From a virus (lineage: Duplodnaviria; Caudoviricetes), in IMG/VR virus record IMGVR_UViG_3300023175_000047, positions 1-55,177 of that record: a stretch of 55,177 bases of DNA; one strand, given 5' to 3'. The notes below the pieces were generated by a model that saw only the letters and a list, made by a program, of their open reading frames with translations, did not search any database and was not told the DNA's origin. A program made the translations under genes and the position numbers. Shown here one piece after another: positions 38,839 through 48,370 of the stretch; positions within the stretch are counted from its first letter, which is position 1; each line of letters starts with the position of its first letter.

Positions 38839-40416
38839 ATGGCTTTTATTAACAATACGATTACTTCGAAAAAAGGAACTGGAGAGGACCTATTTGTTCG
38901 AACTGGAAGTTTGCTTTCGCCAACTACATTTACTTTGAGTGCGGATGCGGGAAGTACTGTTACGATTGATGGTGTGAGTCCGACTGACTTTTACACAGAC
39001 ATGTCAACAAACAACTACGATCTACTTGATAAACTTCTTGTATTTGATACTGGTCAAGTAAAATGGATTAAAGCTATTGATTCTGATATAACTTCGCTTA
39101 CCTATGGTAAACTTCTGACTGTTGAGCCAAATAATCCTGTCCCTGCTGGAACACAATTTAAAATATATACACCTTCAGTGAGCATCACTGATGATTCAAA
39201 AATGGTTTTCAATCGAGTGACACCTGATTCAATCATGACAGGAGAGCATGGTATTGATTTAGGATATGGTAAGATTCGAAATGCTGCTCTACCTGAACAT
39301 GCTCATGATGTAGCAACAAAACAATATGTGGATAGTTTGAAGATTGGAAACTGGAATCATATTGAAAAATTTGAGGGTGATGGAGCAAATACAGACTTTT
39401 TAGTTTCTGTTCCTATTTCAACATACAACGCAATTGTATCCGTTGGTGGTGTGATTCAGGATCCATTTGATTCATATCTTTTTGAATTCAACAAAAATAC
39501 CACAAAGCTTAAATTCTATGAGCCACCTCCTGAAGAGACAATTGTTACAATTCGTACAACAACTTCAACAAACCTTTCATCATCAACAGCACTTGAAGAA
39601 ATCTTTGTTGCTTCTGTAAAACAAAGCACATTTGTTCTTGAAAACGAAGTTTTTGACAAGTTTGGTTTGATTGTTACTATTGACGGTGTTGTTCAGTCAA
39701 CATTGAACTATGACATTTTGACAACACCTCCTGGTGTTCGTGAAGTTACTCTACCTGATGGAACAAAAAATAAAGTTTATTACGGAAACGAATATAAAAT
39801 TCTAAAGTTTGTTGAAGGTTTGGACTTAGGTGCTACAGTTCGTGTGCTGAATGTTCGTGGACGAGGATTCCACTCTCACAGCGGAACAACAATTCTTCTT
39901 GAAAATGATTCGTTAGTACCGAATACAGAAAGTATTATATCTGGTGATTATCAAAAAGTAATTGAAAATCATCCTTCTGCTCCTCCTCAAGAGTCAGTAT
40001 TTCGAACTTTAGCAAATAATGATTTCACATTTACTGTTACACATGACTTTATTCTAAATCGTGGAGGATTGAATCTTTACGCAAACACTACTTGTAATAA
40101 TCTGTATATCAATCTACCTGAAATGGGTGGTGAATATTCTCCAGACCAAGGTATGGAAGTTAAAGTTTCAACAAGTGTTCAAACCGCAAATGTTTTCATC
40201 AATGCTGACCCTTCAAACTATATGAACTATGAAGGAATTTTTGATGACCCAACAAAGACAGGCGATGGAGTTGTTTATAATCATCAACAGAATGTTCCGA
40301 CAGTAATTCATCTCGAGTGGGAAAGTTTTTATAAAACATGGTATATTAAATATGGTATGGGCCTTTGGAATGTTTATGGTTCAGCAATCAATTATCCAGA
40401 TAGTGAACCATCATAA
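38839..40416 (+). CDS. Baseplate/fibre-associated structural protein
   Basis: KI-N-A-P-DVATKQYVD stalk motif; two F-GDG-T-F...V-GV-Q...Y...LKF repeats. Confidence 0.8.
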   Translation: MAFINNTITSKKGTGEDLFVRTGSLLSPTTFTLSADAGSTVTIDGVSPTDFYTDMSTNNYDLLDKLLVFDTGQVKWIKAIDSDITSLTYGKLLTVEPNNPVPAGTQFKIYTPSVSITDDSKMVFNRVTPDSIMTGEHGIDLGYGKIRNAALPEHAHDVATKQYVDSLKIGNWNHIEKFEGDGANTDFLVSVPISTYNAIVSVGGVIQDPFDSYLFEFNKNTTKLKFYEPPPEETIVTIRTTTSTNLSSSTALEEIFVASVKQSTFVLENEVFDKFGLIVTIDGVVQSTLNYDILTTPPGVREVTLPDGTKNKVYYGNEYKILKFVEGLDLGATVRVLNVRGRGFHSHSGTTILLENDSLVPNTESIISGDYQKVIENHPSAPPQESVFRTLANNDFTFTVTHDFILNRGGLNLYANTTCNNLYINLPEMGGEYSPDQGMEVKVSTSVQTANVFINADPSNYMNYEGIFDDPTKTGDGVVYNHQQNVPTVIHLEWESFYKTWYIKYGMGLWNVYGSAINYPDSEPS

Positions 40417-40757
40417 TGTTTATACATCTTGAAGACCAATTTTTTAATCTAAAAAATTGTTTATATTATGAGTATAAAGATTCAATATTAGAACTTGAAT
40501 TTTCAGGTTCACTATGCTCAAAGATAAGACAAACAACAGAAGAATATAAAGATTTTTCTTTGTTTATTGAGAAAAATATAAAAGACTTAAATATAATGAA
40601 TATTGATCCGAACATTGGTATTAATTTGAATTTAGTCTGTGGACTTTTTTATAAAGAAAAACAATTTACAGTTCATTTTGTTGATGGGTATCTAAAGAAA
40701 TTTACAGTTGAAATTGAAAAAGACATTTTGTTAAAAATTATCGAACAAGGAAAATAA
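40416..40757 (+). CDS. AT-rich hypothetical protein with two internal repeats
   Basis: Stop/start overlap; FFNLKNC-YEYKD and GINLNLV-LFYKE halves. Confidence 0.7.
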   Translation: MFIHLEDQFFNLKNCLYYEYKDSILELEFSGSLCSKIRQTTEEYKDFSLFIEKNIKDLNIMNIDPNIGINLNLVCGLFYKEKQFTVHFVDGYLKKFTVEIEKDILLKIIEQGK

Positions 40758-40958
40758 ATGCCACAGGTTTTTAATTTAAGAGGAGATAATGTTCAGACTC
40801 TAGCTGAACTTCGTGTAGATACAATCAAAAATCAAGACGCAAGTTTTGATATCATTACAGTTGATAATGCTAATCAAAGTGTTACTCTTCACAATGTTGA
40901 AAAGATTTTCACAAGACTTGGACGTGAACTTGATGCCGAGAAAATAAAGGTGATGTAA
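40758..40958 (+). CDS. Small fibre-associated protein
   Basis: SD present; paralogous to 40960..41193 (MPQ-NL-G, N-SV-L-NVEKI-T). Confidence 0.75.
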   Translation: MPQVFNLRGDNVQTLAELRVDTIKNQDASFDIITVDNANQSVTLHNVEKIFTRLGRELDAEKIKVM

Positions 40959-40959
40959 A

Positions 40960-41193
40960 ATGCCACAGATATATAATTTGGGTGGATTCACTCTTCAAAA
41001 AACACATACAATTCGACTAAGCGCATTGAGAAGTCAAGATTTACAGACTCCTTATTTGGAAGTAAACTTTGCGAATAATTCTGTATACCTCTTTAACGTA
41101 GAAAAAATTACGACTAAAAGATCAGATGGAACAGCAGGACCAACAATCACTGCTCAACAAATCGAATTAAGCCCTACTCAAATTTCACCATAA
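40960..41193 (+). CDS. Small fibre-associated protein
   Basis: Paralogue of 40758..40958. Confidence 0.75.
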   Translation: MPQIYNLGGFTLQKTHTIRLSALRSQDLQTPYLEVNFANNSVYLFNVEKITTKRSDGTAGPTITAQQIELSPTQISP

Positions 41194-41205
41194 TACGAGG
41201 TCAGC

Positions 41206-41475
41206 GTGGCGGGAGGCGTTCTCAATTTAGCAGGTATTACAGTCTTCAAAGCAAATAATGGCGTCATTGAAATACCCAATGGGACTCAGATAAAAGGTAT
41301 TACTGATACTTCTGATACTTTTCTTGATACGGCAACATTTGATGTCAGTACAAATATATTACAATTAGTCACTACAGATGGTAATGCGGTCAATGTGGAT
41401 TTAAGTTCTCTTTCAAATAAGCTTATAGGAACAGCATCCCAAGACGCAACGGCACTTGCGATTGCCCTTGGATAA
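41206..41475 (+). CDS. Small structural protein with ATALAIALG C-terminus
   Basis: GTG start with GAGG SD; L-L-DG-V-VDLSSL motif; AIALG terminus common in phage tail clusters. Confidence 0.75.
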   Translation: MAGGVLNLAGITVFKANNGVIEIPNGTQIKGITDTSDTFLDTATFDVSTNILQLVTTDGNAVNVDLSSLSNKLIGTASQDATALAIALG

Positions 41476-41502
41476 TTTCAAACATCAGTTTACAATAAAG
41501 AC

Positions 41503-44500
41503 ATGGCAAAACAAGATTTAGATTTAGGGGTTGTAGCAAATGATAATACTGGTGATACGCTAAGAGCCGGTGGTCAAAAGATCAATCAAAACTTTGTAGA
41601 AATCTATTCAAAGATTGGTGATGGAACTAACATCACTCTTGATGTCAACACAATGGGTTTAAGCACTCTGAATGATGTAGACACAACAGGAGTATCAGTT
41701 GACCAATATCTTCAGTATAATGGAACAAAATGGGTGCCTGTCACTCATGAAGTTGATGGTCGTGTTACAGGTCACTTAATTCCTGACGCAAATGTCACTT
41801 GGGATTTGGGTTCTTCAACACATCGCTTCCGTGATTTGTATCTTTCAAGCAGCACATTACATCTTGGTAACTTAGCAATTTCAGCTGGACCAAATGGCAT
41901 TGAACAAAAAAATGTCTTGGGTGTTTATGATTGTATGGTAGACTACAATCCTATGGGCGGTGTTGTTTATGCAAATAGTTCTATATTAGTGACATCGGCA
42001 ACTCTACCTTCTCAGCCAAATCCTTATAACAGTGGCATTGCTGAGCCAGCTTACCCAGGATTGAATATCAATACAAGAAATCCTATAATTCCTGAGGATG
42101 GTATAAAGTATACAATTAGTTACTTGACAGCAAATGGTGAAGCAAAAACATTTAGCACAATCAAAAGTGATAAAGATTATGTCAGCAATCCACCAAAAGA
42201 TACAGATAAAGCTGATGAAGATTTTATGTCTTTTGGTTCACTTAGTTCATTAGTAGTTTATAATAAAGAACCTTTAACTCATGGTGTTGCTGATGAGTTA
42301 AGAACTGCTTCTCAAGTTGTTCTTACAATTACAAAAGAATTTGTGCCCGCAGAACCTGAACCTGAGATTGAAGAAGTAGAAGCTGAGGATGTTGTTGTCG
42401 ATACAAGTGATATTAGTTTGTTCTTATATTCAGAAACACCTGTTATGACAGCCAATGGCAATTGGGATTTTAATCCTTTAGGTTCATACGAAACAACAGA
42501 AGTAGCAGGTGTAACTAAAGATCATCTTCCCGGTTTAGACACATCTCTTTTCACAGATGCTGAAGATTCAACCACAAACTTCATTGACAATTTTCCTGGG
42601 TTTCAACCTGGTATTGAAGCACAAGTAAAAATTACAAAACCTACAGGTGAGATTGTAACTTATGGTCCAATTCCAGACCATCGAAAAGCTGAGCCAGGTA
42701 TTTCAGGGTTTCAAATTACTAGTTATAAAACAATTATGTTGGTTGGTGATGCTGCTACTGATTATAGCACAGCAACAAGTTTTGCTTTTGAAATCAAACA
42801 AATTTCATTAGACAATCAAGTTACAGGATCTCTCATTCCTACAGCAGATGTTTTATATGACTTAGGATCACCATCAAAAAGATTCCGTGACCTTTACATC
42901 AGCGGTAGTTCAATTCATTTTGGTAAACAAAAGATTTCAGATGAGGGTGGTCAAATTAAGTTCAGCGCACCACTCGCTCCATTTGAAGCTGAAACAGAAG
43001 TTTACTTTACTACAGATCAATTTACAAGTTCACATCCAAGACAAATCACATTCAATGAAGAAATACCAGGAGCAGTTGTTGATGTTCCCAACATGAGAAC
43101 AACTCTTGAGCCTGAGTATGAATATAATTTGAAATTAAATGTTGCGATGGGACCAACGGTACTTCATAATGAAGTTTCAGGAAGGGCTGATGTTCGTCGA
43201 AAATCGGACAGTAATGCTTTACTTCAGGGTGATGAAATTGTTGTTTTGGGTCAACCTCATGGTATTATTGATGGTGTTGTAGCAGTCAATGTAAGAAGTC
43301 CAGAGCATCGTTTTATTGGACTTCGTAAAGGATATTACGCAAATCTAAAGTTGACTCTTTCAACTGGTCCTGATAAATTACAAGCTACAATGGACTCATA
43401 TCAAAATTGGGATATGGTTCAAACGTCAACAAATCCAGAATGCGGTATCGCAATCTTTGACAATGGTTGGCCAGCATATATGAATGGTGCTGCAATTGGT
43501 TCAGACATTTGGCTTAAAAATACAATCAAAACTTACATTCGACGACCGAATGGTGACATTGTAATGTGTCCAGGAAGAAGCGGAAAGTTTTGGGATGTTG
43601 ACACTGACAACTATACAGGAGGTGATTGTTTCTGGCAGGATAACGACTGCGGAAGTGTCTGGGTTTATAACCTTCTCAAAAAATCTGATGGCTCAAAAGT
43701 TCCCGGTAAACAATATTGGGATTATGTAAAAGAAGTTCGTGACGCTGGAATGACTTGGGTTGATAGTAATGGTGTCACACGACCATCAATTTGGGTTGAG
43801 TGGTATGAAATTTCTTCTTCTGAAGATACACTTGTAAATGTTTATCATCCATTCACAAAAGACAAGCCTGTTGAGCAAAGTGATTACTTCCAATTCACTG
43901 GTCAAAATCGTATTAAGCTTGTCAAAGGTACTCGCTCAGATGGTAAAGTTTTTGATTTTCTTGAGCAAGCAAAAAAAGATCCAATCAAAGAACTTACTTT
44001 CGCATTGACAATCAACAGACAAGACCGTCAAGAATATAATCTGACACCAACTGCTCGTTCTTTTGATGCCACAAAGTCAATCAATAATCAATTCAATGAT
44101 AAAATAGGATCAAACACATTTGTAATGGTGAACAACCGTACAATTAATATTATGAATCCTACAATTTGGAATGCTTACAAATCAAGCCGTGGACGAAGAC
44201 CACATATTTGGTTTGATCCTAAGAAAGCTTCTCTTGAGTTTAGTGTTGTCAAGAGAGACAAATCAAAACAAGGTGAAGTTCTTACTACAGAAGGTGAGCA
44301 AAACCTTGAAAATAAAACATTAGGTAAAGAAGGTTCTTCAACATTTATTGACGGAAGCTTTATCCCTAAGTCAGATATAGCTTATGATTTGGGAAGTCCA
44401 GATAAACGCTTCCGTGACCTATATTTGAGCGCAGATTCATTTCACTTAGGATCAACAAAACTTTCAACATCTGGTGGATCTCTCAAGGCACTTGATGTGG

Positions 44501-46869
44501 TATATGATCGAGGGTGGTATAAAAATTCTTCTAAGTATGGTCTTAAGAATGAGATGCAATATGATGGTAAACAAGCTCGAAGATATCAAACTGTTGAAGC
44601 ACCAAATGATCCTGTCATAGGTTTCGGAGCTTTGATTGATGCGCCAGATAGTTTTTATAAACTAGCTCCTGGCTATCAAGCGAAACTGAAAGCAAATATT
44701 CGTGAACAAATTCAAGTAGCAAAAGAATTCCCATCTCTTGAAGGTACTGAAGAACTAGATGAATGGGGAAAAATCGTTCGCAATAGTCCTCAATTTGAAC
44801 AACTCGATTGGGAAAATTCAAGAAACATTGCATCAGGACCTTTGAATGGGCTTGAATGGGCCTATAGTGATTATGGTAATAAGTTTGAAATCAATGTTTA
44901 TGAAGTCGAAGTAGACAGTAGTCAAAATCCAGTGCGTTGGAAAATTGTATATAAATTTATTCAAGAATATCCAGGACAAACATCTGAAACAACCTCTGAA
45001 TGGTTTGTTAAAAAGAGTCCTTCAACAGCCGGTCTTGTATGGGAAGCAACAAAAAATACAAGACTGTTTAATGTCAGCATGTTTGCTCAGTATGATACAT
45101 CAGTAAACTATTATAATATCAATGGAAATGCTGATGAATTTACCTTTGAAGTAAATGTTGATACAGCAAGAGATACTATGTATCTTCAAGGTGAGGGTCA
45201 ACTTCACAACTATTCATTACCTTTAGCAACCATGACACCTCACAGTAACACTGTTCCATTATACGGTGCTACTTTGGGAATGGCTTCACTTTATGCTACG
45301 AATCGTGAATTTGCAACTGGAACAACTCATTACAAATTTAACTTGGAATTAGGTGGAACAATTGCTCCTTATCATCCTGGGTTCCAGTATAATGCAAAGA
45401 AACTTGCGATTGTGATTGAACAGGGACAACGAACATACTTAAGATATTATGCTCTTCCCGCTGTTACTGATCAGTTACAACCGAGCGACTACGTTTCCTC
45501 ATATAGCGGTGATCAAACAAATCCTAATTATGAAGCAATGTCAAGAGTTCGTAATCAATACTACTTGACTGAGTTTGAGATCATAGATTGGGGACAACCG
45601 GGTATGAAACTTGTCGCAAATGAATGGACTCGTCCTATTCACCAACAAGCAGTAGCCTGGGTTGAACAAATTTCATTAAATCAATTTGGTTCCACAAGCT
45701 TTGGAGCAGATGCAACATTGATGCTTGATGTTGGTAAAACAGTTACTGTGAATAGCAAACTCGACCTTGATTGGCATGATGCGATGTATGAGTTCATGAC
45801 AAATAAGTATGGTTATGCACAACTTCAAATACCACCAAATGCTCCAGCTGGTCCGCTCTCAGCTACAACTGTGTTGCAACTCCCAAATATAATTCTATCA
45901 ACTACACAAAAAGTTACAGCAAGTTCAAAAGTAACTGTTGAGCGTTTAGTTGATCCACAAATGTCAACAGCAAACAATTTCTTGTGGCATAAAATTACTG
46001 AAATTCCAAAAATCAATACGGCAATTTATCCATATCAATTACCAGTTGATGGTAAATATGGTATTCGTTTTGATGACCGCTATGAATTTCAAATTCGTTT
46101 ATATAATGACAAAACTGCTTTAGACAATGATAAGCCTAATAAAATTTATCGTCAACTACCAAAAGATTTTTATCATTTTGAAATGACAGGTGCTATTGAG
46201 CATCAACCTAAAGATTATAATATGGAAGGTGTAGTTATTGACGGTATTGGTGGTCTTATACTTAAAGCAAGAGACCTACAAACTGTATTGATTGATTTTG
46301 ATAAAGCTTCTTCAATTCGTTTGGCTCTTGTAGCAAAATCTGGCACCCGTGAATATAAAAATTTCTCTGAAAATTTTCAAGTGGATGCTGATGCGGGTAA
46401 ACCTGTTCTTGCGTTTGAATCATTTGATAGTATTCTTGCTCTCAATGGACAGACACTTGCTGAGAATTGTGATATTGCCACAATTCTGAATAAAGCATAT
46501 AGTTACTCTCTTGAAATTTCAAAAGAAATTGCGGATCCTTCTGTAACAAATGTTCAAACATCTTTGAATGCTACAGCAAACACATTGAATGCTTCCATTG
46601 CGAACACAACAAACAACTTGAATGCTTCCATTGCGAATAGTAATCAAGCAATTGCGAACACTCAAAGTCAACTTTCACAAACAAATGCTACACTTGCGAC
46701 TACACAATCTGAGTTGATGAAGGCATTGAAGATTCAATCTGGTATGAGTGTTCCTACGTCAAACACAGCCGCTGGAACAATGGGAGATATGGTGATCGAT
46801 GGAAATATTGTTTATATTGCTGTAGCAGATGACAAATGGGGAAGAATCAATTTAGACTTTAACTTCTAA
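41503..46869 (+). CDS. Long fibre with gp9/gp10-type baseplate-connector N-terminus
   Basis: G-ANDNTGDTLRAGG-KIN-NF-EIY; three G-IP-D-DLGS-RFRDLY-S joints; C-terminal coil and VP-S-A-G-G-D-YIAVA-D-W-R motif. Confidence 0.85.
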   Translation: MAKQDLDLGVVANDNTGDTLRAGGQKINQNFVEIYSKIGDGTNITLDVNTMGLSTLNDVDTTGVSVDQYLQYNGTKWVPVTHEVDGRVTGHLIPDANVTWDLGSSTHRFRDLYLSSSTLHLGNLAISAGPNGIEQKNVLGVYDCMVDYNPMGGVVYANSSILVTSATLPSQPNPYNSGIAEPAYPGLNINTRNPIIPEDGIKYTISYLTANGEAKTFSTIKSDKDYVSNPPKDTDKADEDFMSFGSLSSLVVYNKEPLTHGVADELRTASQVVLTITKEFVPAEPEPEIEEVEAEDVVVDTSDISLFLYSETPVMTANGNWDFNPLGSYETTEVAGVTKDHLPGLDTSLFTDAEDSTTNFIDNFPGFQPGIEAQVKITKPTGEIVTYGPIPDHRKAEPGISGFQITSYKTIMLVGDAATDYSTATSFAFEIKQISLDNQVTGSLIPTADVLYDLGSPSKRFRDLYISGSSIHFGKQKISDEGGQIKFSAPLAPFEAETEVYFTTDQFTSSHPRQITFNEEIPGAVVDVPNMRTTLEPEYEYNLKLNVAMGPTVLHNEVSGRADVRRKSDSNALLQGDEIVVLGQPHGIIDGVVAVNVRSPEHRFIGLRKGYYANLKLTLSTGPDKLQATMDSYQNWDMVQTSTNPECGIAIFDNGWPAYMNGAAIGSDIWLKNTIKTYIRRPNGDIVMCPGRSGKFWDVDTDNYTGGDCFWQDNDCGSVWVYNLLKKSDGSKVPGKQYWDYVKEVRDAGMTWVDSNGVTRPSIWVEWYEISSSEDTLVNVYHPFTKDKPVEQSDYFQFTGQNRIKLVKGTRSDGKVFDFLEQAKKDPIKELTFALTINRQDRQEYNLTPTARSFDATKSINNQFNDKIGSNTFVMVNNRTINIMNPTIWNAYKSSRGRRPHIWFDPKKASLEFSVVKRDKSKQGEVLTTEGEQNLENKTLGKEGSSTFIDGSFIPKSDIAYDLGSPDKRFRDLYLSADSFHLGSTKLSTSGGSLKALDVVYDRGWYKNSSKYGLKNEMQYDGKQARRYQTVEAPNDPVIGFGALIDAPDSFYKLAPGYQAKLKANIREQIQVAKEFPSLEGTEELDEWGKIVRNSPQFEQLDWENSRNIASGPLNGLEWAYSDYGNKFEINVYEVEVDSSQNPVRWKIVYKFIQEYPGQTSETTSEWFVKKSPSTAGLVWEATKNTRLFNVSMFAQYDTSVNYYNINGNADEFTFEVNVDTARDTMYLQGEGQLHNYSLPLATMTPHSNTVPLYGATLGMASLYATNREFATGTTHYKFNLELGGTIAPYHPGFQYNAKKLAIVIEQGQRTYLRYYALPAVTDQLQPSDYVSSYSGDQTNPNYEAMSRVRNQYYLTEFEIIDWGQPGMKLVANEWTRPIHQQAVAWVEQISLNQFGSTSFGADATLMLDVGKTVTVNSKLDLDWHDAMYEFMTNKYGYAQLQIPPNAPAGPLSATTVLQLPNIILSTTQKVTASSKVTVERLVDPQMSTANNFLWHKITEIPKINTAIYPYQLPVDGKYGIRFDDRYEFQIRLYNDKTALDNDKPNKIYRQLPKDFYHFEMTGAIEHQPKDYNMEGVVIDGIGGLILKARDLQTVLIDFDKASSIRLALVAKSGTREYKNFSENFQVDADAGKPVLAFESFDSILALNGQTLAENCDIATILNKAYSYSLEISKEIADPSVTNVQTSLNATANTLNASIANTTNNLNASIANSNQAIANTQSQLSQTNATLATTQSELMKALKIQSGMSVPTSNTAAGTMGDMVIDGNIVYIAVADDKWGRINLDFNF
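46584..46637 (+). repeat. 33-bp-period repeat encoding an LNASIAN coil
   Basis: TTGAATGCTTCCATTGCGAA occurs twice. Confidence 0.8.
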
Positions 46870-46883
46870 TCAATAAGTAACAA

Positions 46884-48008
46884 ATGGCATTACCAGCAGG
46901 TAAACATGTTATAAACATCGGAGCATTTCCGAATGATAGTACAGGTGATACAATTCGTGACGGTGGTGAAAAAATCAATCACATGTTCAATGAAATCTAC
47001 AGTGCTTTGGGAGATGGCTCAACCATCTCCTTTGTAGGTTCAAGCACATTAGCACAAATCATTGATGTCTCATCCAACTTAGCATCTTATGTAGCAAATA
47101 CAGATATGCTCATGGGTCAGATGGCAAATGTGTATGCTACAATTGGTGATGGAACAAATCTACTTTTCAATGTTCACACATATCTCACTGACACAAATGT
47201 TTTTGAAAATAAAGATATCTCAGCCGCAAACAACAAAATCACAATCAGTATTGATGATCTGAGTGATGTCAATGTAACAGGTGTAACAACAGAACGAGTG
47301 CTGACATATGACCCAATCAACACTGAATGGATTGCAAAAGAACATGAAGTGAATGGTACAGTCACAAGTTCCTTGATACCAGATACAGATGCTGTTTATG
47401 ACCTGGGTTCATTGACAGAAAGATTTCGAAATCTACATCTAAGTGACACAATTCATTTGGGTTCTGAAACAATTGAAATCAATGCAAATGGTGAGATTGA
47501 ATTCAGCGCACCAATTGCTGCCGCATCAATCACATCACAAACGGTGATCACTGAAGTTCTCACTCAAAATACTGAAGCAGTTTATGTCTCAGCAATTGGT
47601 GGTTATGATTCATCAACAACTTTTGATAACAACTTAGGTGTTTGGTTACCATTTCCTTTTGATGTAATTGAATCAGAAAATCCACCAAACAATGATGATG
47701 GATTTTACATCACAAAAGGTTTTGACTTTCGAAACTTTGAATACAATGTTCCCGCAAATGGTGTTTATCGTGTTACATTAAGTATGGTTTCACCTGCAAC
47801 ATTTCCAAATGCTCAGTTTCGATTAGTTTCATCAAAACCACCACACAATAATGCCGATATAACTGAACATTTTCAAGATTGGATTTTCTTGAATGACTCA
47901 GAAAGAACAAGAGAATATTTTATACCATGCACTGTTGGTGATCGAATTTGGTGTGAATACACTAATCGCTTCTATCAAAGAAGTCAAATATCAATTTCAA
48001 GAGTCTAA
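46884..48008 (+). CDS. Short fibre with gp9/gp10-type N-terminus and C1q-like tip
   Basis: INIG-PNDSTGDTIRDGG-KIN-F-EIY; one LIP-D-YDLGS-RFR-L-LS joint; F-VPANGVY C-terminal head. Confidence 0.82.
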   Translation: MALPAGKHVINIGAFPNDSTGDTIRDGGEKINHMFNEIYSALGDGSTISFVGSSTLAQIIDVSSNLASYVANTDMLMGQMANVYATIGDGTNLLFNVHTYLTDTNVFENKDISAANNKITISIDDLSDVNVTGVTTERVLTYDPINTEWIAKEHEVNGTVTSSLIPDTDAVYDLGSLTERFRNLHLSDTIHLGSETIEINANGEIEFSAPIAAASITSQTVITEVLTQNTEAVYVSAIGGYDSSTTFDNNLGVWLPFPFDVIESENPPNNDDGFYITKGFDFRNFEYNVPANGVYRVTLSMVSPATFPNAQFRLVSSKPPHNNADITEHFQDWIFLNDSERTREYFIPCTVGDRIWCEYTNRFYQRSQISISRV

Positions 48009-48014
48009 TAAATC

Positions 48015-48365
48015 ATGGCAAACACTTTCAAGCTTAAAACAAAAGCGAACATTTCGACATCAAACTTTGAAAGCGTTTATGCTGTTCCACCCACCGTGGA
48101 TTCAGCAATTGTTCTTGGATTGATCTTATCAAACAAAGCAAACGCAAGTATATCTGCAAGTGTGAACCTGGAGACAAATACAAGTGATAACACTGAGATA
48201 AATGAAGATGTCACTCTTTTACATAATATCACTGTGCCTGAAGGTAGTACACTTGAGATGTTTGCTGGTCAAAAACTTGTTCTTCAAAAGTATGATTCAT
48301 TATTAGTCAAATGTGATGCTACAAATAGTTTAGACGTTGCTCTTAGTATCCTCGAAGTAGACTAA
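48015..48365 (+). CDS. Small beta-sandwich tail-associated protein (MANTFK type)
   Basis: Y-VP-AIVLG-LSN...VP-GSTLE-G-KLVL-D-L-V...SLDV-LSILE pattern. Confidence 0.82.
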   Translation: MANTFKLKTKANISTSNFESVYAVPPTVDSAIVLGLILSNKANASISASVNLETNTSDNTEINEDVTLLHNITVPEGSTLEMFAGQKLVLQKYDSLLVKCDATNSLDVALSILEVD

Positions 48366-48370
48366 AACAA

